This document shows positions 49,431 to 58,334 of a DNA stretch of 64,000 bases, one piece after another. The stretch spans positions 1,662 to 65,661 of the forward strand of contig MHPP01000014.1 in NCBI GenBank assembly GCA_001822095.1, written 5' to 3'. A program made the position numbers and the translations under genes. The notes under the pieces are model-generated. The model was not told where the DNA came from. It saw only the letters and a list, made by a program, of their open reading frames with translations, and did no database searches. The DNA comes from Candidatus Staskawiczbacteria bacterium RIFOXYC1_FULL_38_18. GTDB taxonomy: Bacteria; Patescibacteriota; Minisyncoccia; Minisyncoccales; Staskawiczbacteraceae. Each line of letters starts with the position of its first letter. The first letter of the stretch is position 1.

Positions 49431-50134
49431 CAGATAAAATTCCTCAACATATAGTTTTATTCCCGGACGGAAACCGGAGATGGGCAAAACAAAAAGGACT
49501 GCACACATTAGAAGGCCACAAAAAAGGATATGAAAACCTTTTGGATTTTTCAAGGTGGTGCAAAAATAGGGGAGTGAAAGTTCTCACCGCCTTTGGTTTC
49601 TCAACCGAAAACTGGAACAGGACGGAAGAAGAAGTGAGTTATTTAATGAAGCTTTTGGAAACAGGATTGATTAATAATTTTGAAAAATACCAAAATAGCG
49701 AGGAATACAAAAAAGAGGGGATTGGGGTAAGAGTCATTGGCCAAAAAGAACGCCTTCCAAAATCCCTACAGGAGGCAATAGAAAGAGTTGAGGAGGCCAC
49801 AAAAAATAACGATAAATTATTTTTAAACCTGGCTATCAGTTATGGAGGCAGGTGGGATATTTTAAACGCTGTAAAGAATATTATAAAGGAGGGGATTGAC
49901 CCGGAAAAAATAGACGAAAAATTATTTGAGACCTATTTATCAACTGCAGGCGTGCCCGTGCCCGACCTTATAATCCGCGCAGGCGGGGAAATGAGAATGT
50001 CCAATTTTGTGCTTTGGCAGGGGGCATATTCAGAGCTCTATTTTTGCCCAAAGCTTTGGCCGGATTTTACCGAGCAGGATCTGGACGCGGCGCTAGTCGA
50101 GTTTGACCGGCGTGCCCGCCGATTTGGAAAATGA
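49427..50134 (+). CDS. uppS: Undecaprenyl diphosphate synthase
   Basis: DGNRRWA, FSTENW.R, YGGR, RMSNF..WQ. Confidence 0.96.
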   Translation: MTDKIPQHIVLFPDGNRRWAKQKGLHTLEGHKKGYENLLDFSRWCKNRGVKVLTAFGFSTENWNRTEEEVSYLMKLLETGLINNFEKYQNSEEYKKEGIGVRVIGQKERLPKSLQEAIERVEEATKNNDKLFLNLAISYGGRWDILNAVKNIIKEGIDPEKIDEKLFETYLSTAGVPVPDLIIRAGGEMRMSNFVLWQGAYSELYFCPKLWPDFTEQDLDAALVEFDRRARRFGK

Positions 50135-50608
50135 TTTTGCCATATCCAGCCACTTAGATTTTCTTGGCCGAGCCTTATATTTACAGCATGCTTTTTGAAT
50201 TTCAATAAGAGAGTGCAAATCGCTTTTTTGCCAGGCAGCTAAATATTTGCCTTTGTTTTTTTGTATAATTTCAACTGCCTTGGCCCACATTTCAAAGTCT
50301 CTTTTTTTATCTCTAGCTAAAGCATTTTTCTTAAAAAACGGCACAACTATTTTAGCCACGTCGCTAATTTTCTGAACCGAAAACCTTGCCTGGCCTTTTG
50401 ATATTGAAACTTCTCCGCAACATAATTCCTTCTTAATTTTGTTTAAAATTCTCTCGTTTTCCTTTGGAGCAGTCACAACAAATTGGGCCTTCCATCTGTA
50501 ATAGGTGGGGGAGTTGGTTCTTTTGTGCCTGGTATCCTTGCGAAACTGCAAATCAAAACATCCGTCGCTATTTACTATTGTTGCAACGCTAAATTTTTCC
50601 TTTACCAT
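50093..50608 (-). CDS. Free-standing single-motif LAGLIDADG-like protein
   Basis: ATIVNSDGCF at the LAGLIDADG helix position; ..IVVPFFKKNAL..KKRDFEMW. Confidence 0.65.
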   Translation of the reverse strand: MVKEKFSVATIVNSDGCFDLQFRKDTRHKRTNSPTYYRWKAQFVVTAPKENERILNKIKKELCCGEVSISKGQARFSVQKISDVAKIVVPFFKKNALARDKKRDFEMWAKAVEIIQKNKGKYLAAWQKSDLHSLIEIQKACCKYKARPRKSKWLDMAKSFSKSAGTPVKLD

Positions 50609-50656
50609 TGTTTTTAAAAAATTACTTATTTTAAATTATTAGACCTATTATACTAT

Positions 50657-50698
50657 TTTAATTGTGCGACAAGCAATAGCTGCTGCTATTGTGCGACA
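50657..50698 (+). repeat. Two copies of polar motif ATTGTGCGACA (50661, 50688)
   Basis: Exact 11-mers 27 bp apart. Confidence 0.9.
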
Positions 50699-50854
50699 GA
50701 TTAGATTTGAATAAAATTAAAAACTTGCGGCAGGGCCAGTTTTTGTTATCCTTGACATATTTTAATTGTATGATAGAATTTAGTTAGTCCTGACGGTGAT
50801 AATGTGTCATCGTCCTGAACCAAAACAGAATAACGAGAGAAGGGAAGCTAGCAA

Positions 50855-52597
50855 ATGAAAACGATCTTCAAAGCCTACTGGCCGACTGCAAAAAAGTATG
50901 GCTGGCTAATGCTGGTCATGCTGTTTTGCATGGTGATGAGCGTGTTGGCGAATGCCGCGTACCCATTTCTTCTGCGGCAGTTCCTAGACGGATTTACCTG
51001 CGATTCTGGCGATGATATCATCATGCAGACGCTGTGGCGCGTTTTCTGGCTGATTGTTGCGGCTAACGCGGCGTGGCTTGGCCTTGATTTGGCGACTGCT
51101 TACTTTGAACCTAGCAGTATGCGGGACCTTGACCAGCGCAGTTTTCGTGCCCTTCAGGCGCAATCCATGAGATTTTTTGAAGACTCATTGGCAGGAGCGC
51201 TTGCTAAGGTCGCCGGAAAATTCTGCAACTCTTTTGAGGGGATTATTGACCAAATCATTTACAGCCTCGGCCGTAGTCTAACCATGATTTTGCTGACATT
51301 TGCGGTGTTCATCTATGAGAGTCCGATGTTGGCCTTGGCCTTTGGCGTTTGGATCGCCATTTACCTTGCCATCAGCATCTACTTTGCTGTTTTGAGAATG
51401 AGGTGGGGCCAGGTAGTCTCCGAAAAAGACTCTGCCGTAGGTGGGGCTTTTACAGACGCATGTATCAACCAGCCAGCCATCAAGGCATTTGGAATGGAGC
51501 GCGAGGAACAGCAACGGTTTGACAGCACCACAGAAGATTGTTATGTGCACAGGAAAAGCACATATCTGCGAGGCATGATGCTTCTGCGCGTGCAAGGAAT
51601 TGCGGCTGGCGCTTTCGAGTTCATTGTTCTCTGTATGCTTGTGCGAGGTTGGTATAACAAAACCGTAACCGTGGGAGATTTCGTATTTTTCCAAAGTTAC
51701 GTGATAATTCTGATGTCTCAGATATGGAACATTGGGATTTCAACCAACCGCATCTTTCGCTATTTGGCGGATGCGAAGCAGATGGCAGAGATTTTTGCAA
51801 GGGAGTCTGAGGTGCAGGATGCTCCCGGCGCGCGGCCACTGATTGTTGAAGATGGAAAAATTGAGTTTCACTCAGTCAGCTTCAACTACGGCAATCAGAG
51901 TGCGCATCACGACAGCACCATCGAGGATTTCACGTTGCTGGTCCAGCCAGGCCAGACACTAGCCTTTGTGGGCCATAGCGGCGCAGGAAAAAGCACTCTG
52001 GCAAAACTTATTCTCCGCCTCTATGACATCCACTCCGGCTACATCCGCATTGATAATCAGGACATTGCAAACGTGACGCAATTGTCTCTGCGCCGGCAGA
52101 TCGCAGTCGTGCCGCAAGATCCTGATCTTTTTCACAGAAGCCTCCGGGAAAATATTGCCTTTGCAAATCCCGAAGCATCTGAGGAGGAGATTATTGCGGC
52201 CACCAAACGCGCGCATGCATGGGAATTCATCCAGCGCCTTCCCAAAGGCCTGGATACTATTGTCGGCGAACGCGGCACGAAACTTTCTGGCGGCCAACGG
52301 CAACGGATTGCTCTGGCCCGGGCATTTCTTGCAGATGCTCCCATTCTTATTTTGGACGAGGCGACAAGCGCGCTTGACAGCAAAACGGAACACAAGATTC
52401 AGTCTGCGATTGCAGACCTGCTTGTGGGCCGGACCTGCATTGTCATCGCACATCGTTTTTCCACAATCAAGAACGCGAGCCGGATTATAGTCATGGAAGA
52501 TGGGGCCATCAAGGAAGACGGCACGCACAAAGAGCTACTCTCTCAAGATGGCGTATACGCCAGCCTCTGGAAACACCAGAGCGGCTACATCAAGTAG
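50855..52597 (+). CDS. ABC transporter, fused permease/ATPase (GC-rich)
   Basis: TMD, GHSGAGKS, LSGGQRQR, ILDEATSALD; promoter at 50752-50779. Confidence 0.95.
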   Translation: MKTIFKAYWPTAKKYGWLMLVMLFCMVMSVLANAAYPFLLRQFLDGFTCDSGDDIIMQTLWRVFWLIVAANAAWLGLDLATAYFEPSSMRDLDQRSFRALQAQSMRFFEDSLAGALAKVAGKFCNSFEGIIDQIIYSLGRSLTMILLTFAVFIYESPMLALAFGVWIAIYLAISIYFAVLRMRWGQVVSEKDSAVGGAFTDACINQPAIKAFGMEREEQQRFDSTTEDCYVHRKSTYLRGMMLLRVQGIAAGAFEFIVLCMLVRGWYNKTVTVGDFVFFQSYVIILMSQIWNIGISTNRIFRYLADAKQMAEIFARESEVQDAPGARPLIVEDGKIEFHSVSFNYGNQSAHHDSTIEDFTLLVQPGQTLAFVGHSGAGKSTLAKLILRLYDIHSGYIRIDNQDIANVTQLSLRRQIAVVPQDPDLFHRSLRENIAFANPEASEEEIIAATKRAHAWEFIQRLPKGLDTIVGERGTKLSGGQRQRIALARAFLADAPILILDEATSALDSKTEHKIQSAIADLLVGRTCIVIAHRFSTIKNASRIIVMEDGAIKEDGTHKELLSQDGVYASLWKHQSGYIK

Positions 52598-52607
52598 TAA
52601 TCGCCAT

Positions 52608-52640
52608 GTCCCGGCACAGCAATGTGTCCGGGACTTTTTT
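52608..52640 (+). terminator. Intrinsic terminator
   Basis: GTCCCGGCACA-GCAA-TGTGTCCGGGAC-T6. Confidence 0.8.
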
Positions 52641-52644
52641 ATTG

Positions 52645-52677
52645 CCTTGCCTCGCCGGAGCTTTTAGCGAAGGCGGG
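52645..52677 (+). repeat. 33-bp hairpin element interrupting a polar-motif copy
   Basis: TTTTATTG|CCTTGCCTCGCCGGAGCTTTTAGCGAAGGCGGG|TGCGACAAG. Confidence 0.7.
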
Positions 52678-52778
52678 TGCGACAAGTGATTAAATAATAT
52701 ATTTTGCAGAACATATATTTCGCGACATTTGTTTGACTTTTATAAAAAATAGAGCCAAGCTTAAATAATTGAAAAGTT

Positions 52779-54713
52779 ATGAAAGAGCAAATAATACAAA
52801 AAGGAGATATTTTTGGAGAGGAATTAAAGCACCATATACTCCGCCGCCTCTCTGAAATAATAGTTGGAAAGGAGACAAATATTACCTCATCTATTTTAGA
52901 ATTTTTAATCGAGCAAACTCTCTTGGAGAAAAGCGAGAAGGTAATGATATCTCGAGAAAAAATCGCCCTGGGAATCAAAGAAATTTTTTTACTTAAATTT
53001 TCGATAGAAGAGCTGGAAGAGCCACTACAAAACCTAATAACAGCTGGTAGGGTTAAGGCATCGAATAAAATTTTTTGTTTAGTAATAGACAGATTCGGAG
53101 AATTAAAGAAGAGGAACGCGGAGACAAAAAGGTTTGAAAAACAAATTCTGAATGAGTGGTGGGATAAAATATCTATTCAGTACCCCGAAATCGGTTCAAA
53201 ATTTAAGGAGGATTTAACGGGGGATCTTCAGTTATATTTGAATAAAATATTTCTGAAACATGGGGCAGAATGCGCCGGTCTTATTTACCCTAAGGACTCT
53301 AAATTAGACGAATATATTAGACTATTATTGACAGAAGAAGAGTTTGAAAAATGTTTACCCAAAAGATCTGCGGAGATAGAGAGAGTTCGTAAAATCGAAT
53401 TCCCACTTTTCCTTAGAAATATTGATAGTAAGAAAAAAAAATATCTATCTCAACTCCTCGACGGTACATTTATTTACCGCATTGTTCAAGCCGATCCGCA
53501 AACTAAAAAATATATTGCTACTAGCTTCAAGAGCTATTCTCTGTACCTAGATACTAATGTTCTCTATTCATTGTTTGATTTAAGCGTTAGAAATAAAACA
53601 ACTGTCGAGAGAACGATTGATTTAGCCCGAGAGTTTGGAATGAAAATATTAGTCTCTAAAAGAACGGTGGAAGAAATGAAAAAGTCGGTAGAGAGCAACG
53701 GGGCCTCTTTATTGAAAAGTCCGGATATCAGGCGTGATCTAGCGGAAATTGCTGCAGATATTTCCGAAGAAGAAAATTTTATTACCGCTTATAGGCGTGA
53801 ATATTATAGAACAGGAATAAACAAGACTGATTTTATAAACAAATTTACTCATGTTTCAGAACTTCTTAAAAATAAAGGCATAGAAATAGATACAAGAATA
53901 ATCAATTTTTCAAAGGAAACTATAGAAAAAGAGACCCGGATACTTAACGATAATATACGCATTAAGAAAGACCTAGACGTTGCACAACACGATGCTTATA
54001 GTTGTTTATTAATAAGAAGGCTTCGTAAAGAAACAGAGGCTAATCAATCTGAAGGAAGGTACTGGTTTCTGACATTGGATTATCAACTACTGATTTATGG
54101 AGCAAAAACCAAAGATGCAGGAGAGCCTTCTTTCTCGTTATTACCACATCAATTATTACAGTTATTGCGTCCTTTTACCCAAAGAACTGAAGAATACGAC
54201 TCTGATTTTATTGAGCTGTTCTCTCGCCCCCAGATAAAATCTGCACAAGGGATTCTACCCAATAATTTGGCAGAGAAAATAATGGCTAAAATTTCATCTT
54301 TTAAGGAAGTTAGGCCAGACATTGCTTTAAGCATTATCCTGAATGCAGAGTTTATTAAGGCTGTTTCTACCGAGAAAGACCCCGTTAAGATAGAAGAGGA
54401 AACAGCCAAGCAGATTGGGGATCGTCTCGCTATACGACTATCACAAGTGGAGGACAGGTTGAGACATATGGAGTTACAAAAAACACCTGCGCCGCAAACG
54501 GTTCGCTCTCTTAGCACAAGTAATTATTGGAACCTTGTTAATCCTCTCTGGCTTGTATGGCAATTACTAAAGTGGTTTTATAACTTAATTAAGAAGCATA
54601 AACTAATATCCGGTTTGATAGTTTTTATGGGTTTAATAGCAACGGATTACTCAATGGCCTGGCAAAACTTAAAAACGATCTGGAGGTTTATCAAAAACGC
54701 AATTGGGTTGTGA
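52779..54713 (+). CDS. Large protein with central PIN-like domain and C-terminal TM
   Basis: YLDTNVL, EE, HDA, FLTLD acidic pattern. Confidence 0.6.
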   Translation: MKEQIIQKGDIFGEELKHHILRRLSEIIVGKETNITSSILEFLIEQTLLEKSEKVMISREKIALGIKEIFLLKFSIEELEEPLQNLITAGRVKASNKIFCLVIDRFGELKKRNAETKRFEKQILNEWWDKISIQYPEIGSKFKEDLTGDLQLYLNKIFLKHGAECAGLIYPKDSKLDEYIRLLLTEEEFEKCLPKRSAEIERVRKIEFPLFLRNIDSKKKKYLSQLLDGTFIYRIVQADPQTKKYIATSFKSYSLYLDTNVLYSLFDLSVRNKTTVERTIDLAREFGMKILVSKRTVEEMKKSVESNGASLLKSPDIRRDLAEIAADISEEENFITAYRREYYRTGINKTDFINKFTHVSELLKNKGIEIDTRIINFSKETIEKETRILNDNIRIKKDLDVAQHDAYSCLLIRRLRKETEANQSEGRYWFLTLDYQLLIYGAKTKDAGEPSFSLLPHQLLQLLRPFTQRTEEYDSDFIELFSRPQIKSAQGILPNNLAEKIMAKISSFKEVRPDIALSIILNAEFIKAVSTEKDPVKIEEETAKQIGDRLAIRLSQVEDRLRHMELQKTPAPQTVRSLSTSNYWNLVNPLWLVWQLLKWFYNLIKKHKLISGLIVFMGLIATDYSMAWQNLKTIWRFIKNAIGL

Positions 54714-54735
54714 ACTATCTCGTCGGTAAGAATGA

Positions 54736-54753
54736 TTTTATTGTGCGACAAAT
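54736..54753 (+). repeat. Polar motif TTTTATTGTGCGACAAAT
   Basis: Intergenic; preceded by CGTCGGT and followed by a hairpin resembling the one after the 50688 copy. Confidence 0.9.
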
Positions 54754-54893
54754 TGGATAAAACAAAAAACTGGCCGAGGGGTCAGTTTTATCATTGTTAT
54801 TTTTTGTCTGAAAATATTTTTTAATAAAAAAGGCGCCGATCGTTGAACGACAAGCGCCAGTGCGTGAAACAGCTTAGTCGTTGGCGTTAGCCA

Positions 54894-56084
54894 TCAACAA
54901 GCTTTAATCTTTAACCGCATTCCTCGGGGAAGGGAGCGATGGATTGTTTCCCGAAGAGTAGATACGGTATTGAAAAGTCTCTCAAGAGAGGTGTCCAGAC
55001 TTTGGATATGACTTTCGTCCAACCTGCCTAGCAAGATTTGGATTTCAGAATCCGCCATGTCTGTGTAGGTGCGAAGCTTGTATTCCATGCCTCTGGCTTG
55101 AGATCCCAAGGAGGCGATTTTCTCGCCGGCGTGATGATGACTGTTGCGCTGAATTCCTGAGACGCCTCGCAAAGCCGATGCAATATAGTGCTGAGCCTGA
55201 GCCAAAGACATCTTCTGTCCAATGATTTCCTTGGCAAGAGGAATTTGAGACTCGGCTGGCTTAACCTGCGAAAGTAAAAGTCCCAACTGGAAGCTAAGAG
55301 GAGCCTTAATCCTTCTAGAACCGCTGCTCACAGAACCGGTATCTCCGCCTTCCTTGCCTTTGACAACCGGAATCATCCAGTTTAGTACTGTTGGATGAAG
55401 TTTGCGCAGCATAAATTGCTGGCCAACCCATCCCACAGACTTTCCAAAGATGTCTGCGATATGTTTGTCGGTGCGCCCGTTGTTTTTCATGCGCAAGACT
55501 GCCGCCAGGCGCTCTACCGGATCGTGGTCGTGGCGATTGCAATTTGCTGCAACAGAAGCCTCAAAGAGGGTTTCTATGTCAGCGCCGCCTTCCCAGACGT
55601 AAGCTGAGATGCCCCGTTTAAGAAGCATGCAAGCTTTGAGCCGGCCTTCGCCGTCAACAAGTTGCGCGTCAAAGTCAGGGTTTCCGTCGATTTTCACGAC
55701 AATAACCGGAACAAGCTGTCCAACAGCATCTATACTGTTAGCTAGCGAATCAATACCAAAAAATCGTTGCCGGATTTGGTTTTTCATCGGACGGATTTTG
55801 AATGGATTAAAAGCCTCAACTCGCGGCAGTACGACTTTGCTCATGTCAACTTCCGGAGTTGCATTTTGGGCGGGCTCGTTTTTGTGTTTGCCCTTGCCAG
55901 CTTTTGCAAAAATAGACTTGGCAGATGAAACTGGTTCCTCGCGATTGGCTGGTTTTGCCACGATATTGCCGCTGCGTTGCGCTGGGACGGAATTAAACAT
56001 CCGCAGGCTAGCCTCACTAATGCCGGAATTACCAGCAGAGATTGGCTTTGCCGCTGCAATTGGGGCGCTTTTTGGCTTTTTCAT
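54894..56084 (-). CDS. ParB/Srx N-domain protein with HTH (GC-rich)
   Basis: NQIR, LANSIDAVGQLVPV, LVDGEGRLKA, N..R, IADIFGKS. Confidence 0.8.
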   Translation of the reverse strand: MKKPKSAPIAAAKPISAGNSGISEASLRMFNSVPAQRSGNIVAKPANREEPVSSAKSIFAKAGKGKHKNEPAQNATPEVDMSKVVLPRVEAFNPFKIRPMKNQIRQRFFGIDSLANSIDAVGQLVPVIVVKIDGNPDFDAQLVDGEGRLKACMLLKRGISAYVWEGGADIETLFEASVAANCNRHDHDPVERLAAVLRMKNNGRTDKHIADIFGKSVGWVGQQFMLRKLHPTVLNWMIPVVKGKEGGDTGSVSSGSRRIKAPLSFQLGLLLSQVKPAESQIPLAKEIIGQKMSLAQAQHYIASALRGVSGIQRNSHHHAGEKIASLGSQARGMEYKLRTYTDMADSEIQILLGRLDESHIQSLDTSLERLFNTVSTLRETIHRSLPRGMRLKIKAC

Positions 56085-56216
56085 AATTGTCCCTCTCGCA
56101 ATAATAGTGACAACGAACTGCTAGATGCAAACTCACTACGGGCAAGTTCGCATAAAAATATTAGTTTAATATATAAAAATAATCTGCCATTGTCAATTTA
56201 AAAAAAGAGATTATAT

Positions 56217-56230
56217 TTTTATTGTGCGAC
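56217..56230 (+). repeat. Polar motif TTTTATTGTGCGAC at the xer 3' end
   Basis: 2 bp from the xer stop codon. Confidence 0.85.
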
Positions 56231-56232
56231 GT

Positions 56233-57204
56233 TTACTTTTTATCTGGGTCGGAATGGAACTGGTGGTGGATGTCACGGAGGCGTTTGTTGGTTACGTGCG
56301 TGTAAATTTGGGTTGTGGCGATGTTGGAGTGGCCAAGAAATTCTTGGATGCTGCGAAGGTCAACTCCTTGGTTTAATAAATCGGTGGCATAACTGTGGCG
56401 CAAAGTGTGGGGGGTTGTGAAAATTGGCACGCCAGAAAGCAAAGCATATTTTTTAACCATGCGTTCAATTGACCTTGGCGTCAGGCGGGCATCTGTATCA
56501 TCTTTTTTATCGCGAAAGTTAATAAACAAAGCTTTTTGATTGGCATGATTAACACCATTTCTTATTTCAAGATATTTTTTAATAAAGTTTAATGCCCGTT
56601 CAGAAAAATAAACAACACGCGGTTTCCCGCCTTTTCCAATGACGCCCAACTCTATATCCTTTTTATCTTTTAGGCTGTTAAACTGTTCAAGATTTAATGA
56701 TACTAATTCGGCAATTCTGAGGCCGGTTGAAAAAAAAGCTTCTAAAATAGCCCTGTCACGTAGGCTAATATCGTCTTTTGGCTCAATAGACGATAAAAGC
56801 TTACCAATCTGGTCTAAACTAAGGAATTTCACGCTTTTTAGGCCTTTATCAGCCTTTGCAAGGGCTATTTTATCGGGGGGCAGCGAAAGTATGTCTTTTG
56901 CCACAAAGTAGCCTAAAAGGCCTCTTAAAGCGATTAAATAGTAGTTTTGGGTGCCTTTTGACAGCAATTTACCGGTAGCAGGGCTTGGGGTGCGGGAAAG
57001 GTATAATCTATAGTCCCAAATATGGTCTGAGGTCAATTGATGGGGGAGTAAAGAGGATAATTTAGCGTGGTCTAACCAATGAAAAAACTTTTCTAAATAT
57101 TTTTTATAATTATCTTGAGTATTTTTTCTTAAACCTTTTTCTACTTCGCAGAAATCTAAAAAATCCTGGAGATTTTCTTTAATTGGTTTGGTTGAATTTT
57201 CCAT
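56233..57204 (-). CDS. XerC/D-like tyrosine recombinase
   Basis: SAM-like N-domain; TGLRIAEL, GKGGK, HTLRH, LGH, TQIYTH. Confidence 0.93.
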   Translation of the reverse strand: MENSTKPIKENLQDFLDFCEVEKGLRKNTQDNYKKYLEKFFHWLDHAKLSSLLPHQLTSDHIWDYRLYLSRTPSPATGKLLSKGTQNYYLIALRGLLGYFVAKDILSLPPDKIALAKADKGLKSVKFLSLDQIGKLLSSIEPKDDISLRDRAILEAFFSTGLRIAELVSLNLEQFNSLKDKKDIELGVIGKGGKPRVVYFSERALNFIKKYLEIRNGVNHANQKALFINFRDKKDDTDARLTPRSIERMVKKYALLSGVPIFTTPHTLRHSYATDLLNQGVDLRSIQEFLGHSNIATTQIYTHVTNKRLRDIHHQFHSDPDKK

Positions 57205-57240
57205 GTCTTTTTTTGAGTTGCCTTATTGCCCTACTCTACA

Positions 57241-57268
57241 ACGTCGGTTTACCTACATTTTGCGACGT
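57241..57268. other. Candidate dif site ACGTCGGTTTA-CCTACA-TTTTGCGACGT
   Basis: 11-6-11 imperfect inverted repeat 36 bp upstream of xer. Confidence 0.45.
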
Positions 57269-57306
57269 AGTATATATCTATAATAACGCTCCCCTAGGGC
57301 GTGTCA

Positions 57307-57376
57307 ACCCCGTTAGAAATAGCCCGCCCATAGGCTCTTCGGGCGCGTTTCGCGCGGGCGAGATTTCTAACGGGGT
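57307..57376. repeat. 70-bp element with 14-bp terminal inverted repeats ACCCCGTTAGAAAT
   Basis: Perfect TIRs at 57307-57320 and 57363-57376 around a GC-rich interior. Confidence 0.8.
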
Positions 57377-57448
57377 CAATGGGGTTGTAAATTATTTTAA
57401 AAAAGATGATGCATATATCACCTTTCTAATCATATTATTATAAAAAAT

Positions 57449-57748
57449 TTATTTTTGGAGAATATTTTGAAAAATACTATTTTTATTTTGGTTTGTATTT
57501 TGATCTACCGTGGTTTTTACCGGCTCTCCCCCGCCTTTCAGTCCCCCGCTGATTTTAGTATAAACTCCGGAGGCATTTGATACCGCCCAGCCCGATAACT
57601 TGGCCCAATAGATTTCTTTTTGGACTGCTATGCCTAGATATAATTTCTTTCCATATTCCCTTGCATACGGCTGCTGGCTCAAAAAAGTCGCACCAAGAAT
57701 AAAAATTATAATAATTATATAACCTGCGCGGCTAAAATTCTCAAACAT
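57449..57748 (-). CDS. Hypothetical single-TM protein
   Basis: MFENFSRAGYIIIIIFILG; start chosen at 57748. Confidence 0.55.
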   Translation of the reverse strand: MFENFSRAGYIIIIIFILGATFLSQQPYAREYGKKLYLGIAVQKEIYWAKLSGWAVSNASGVYTKISGGLKGGGEPVKTTVDQNTNQNKNSIFQNILQK

Positions 57749-57833
57749 TTTTGAAATATAATTTATTAATTTATTAATAATCGTACTATCTGCGCTTACG
57801 CGCCATTTGCACAGACGGGGTTTATTCCCCATC

Positions 57834-57848
57834 TGTCGCACAATAAAA
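57834..57848 (-). repeat. Polar motif, inverted copy
   Basis: TTTTATTGTGCGACA on the minus strand right after the NUDIX stop. Confidence 0.85.
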
Positions 57849-58331
57849 CTACTCTGGCTGAGTTGTATGAGTGATTAAATCCAGGGGATATTTTGTGCCT
57901 GAAAAATAGTCTTTTACCATTTGTTTTATATCTAAATCTCGCAGCACATTTAAATCCATTTTTTCTATTTCTTCTGGTGCAAACCATTTGGTTTCTGATA
58001 TTTCATCCTGTAAAAATTTTCCTTGGTTCTCTGAAATTTTACCGATATAAATAATTTTTATTCCATGATGAAAACTTTCAACATCGTTCTTGTTTTTGAA
58101 TATTGAATATACGCCCAAAATATTTTTTGGATTAAAATCAAATCCAGTTTCTTCTCTTACTTCTTTTCTGACTGCATCAATGGGGCTCTCCCCCACCTCA
58201 ATCCAGCCCGCAGGATGGCTCCATTTTCCTTTTGCCGATGGACTGTTCTCCTTTACCAATAAAATTTTACCATCTCTTTCTATAATAGCTCCCGCCACGC
58301 CGAATGTTTGGGTATATACGCGTTTTGTCAT
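57849..58331 (-). CDS. NUDIX hydrolase
   Basis: PAGWIEVGESPIDAVRKEVREETG Nudix box. Confidence 0.92.
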   Translation of the reverse strand: MTKRVYTQTFGVAGAIIERDGKILLVKENSPSAKGKWSHPAGWIEVGESPIDAVRKEVREETGFDFNPKNILGVYSIFKNKNDVESFHHGIKIIYIGKISENQGKFLQDEISETKWFAPEEIEKMDLNVLRDLDIKQMVKDYFSGTKYPLDLITHTTQPE

Positions 58332-58334
58332 GTT

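Noticed and set aside
50093-50608. Group I intron or intein around the LAGLIDADG-like ORF
   Set aside because: No interrupted host gene; uppS is intact and convergent
50657-57204. Classical integron
   Set aside because: The recombinase looks Xer-like with no evident IntI-specific insertion, the sites lack RYYYAAC/GTTRRRY ends, the genes have their own promoters and mixed orientation
57421-57446. Alternative dif candidate TTTCTAAT-CATATT-ATTATAAA
   Set aside because: Very AT-rich, so the symmetry is likely by chance; unrelated to the polar motif
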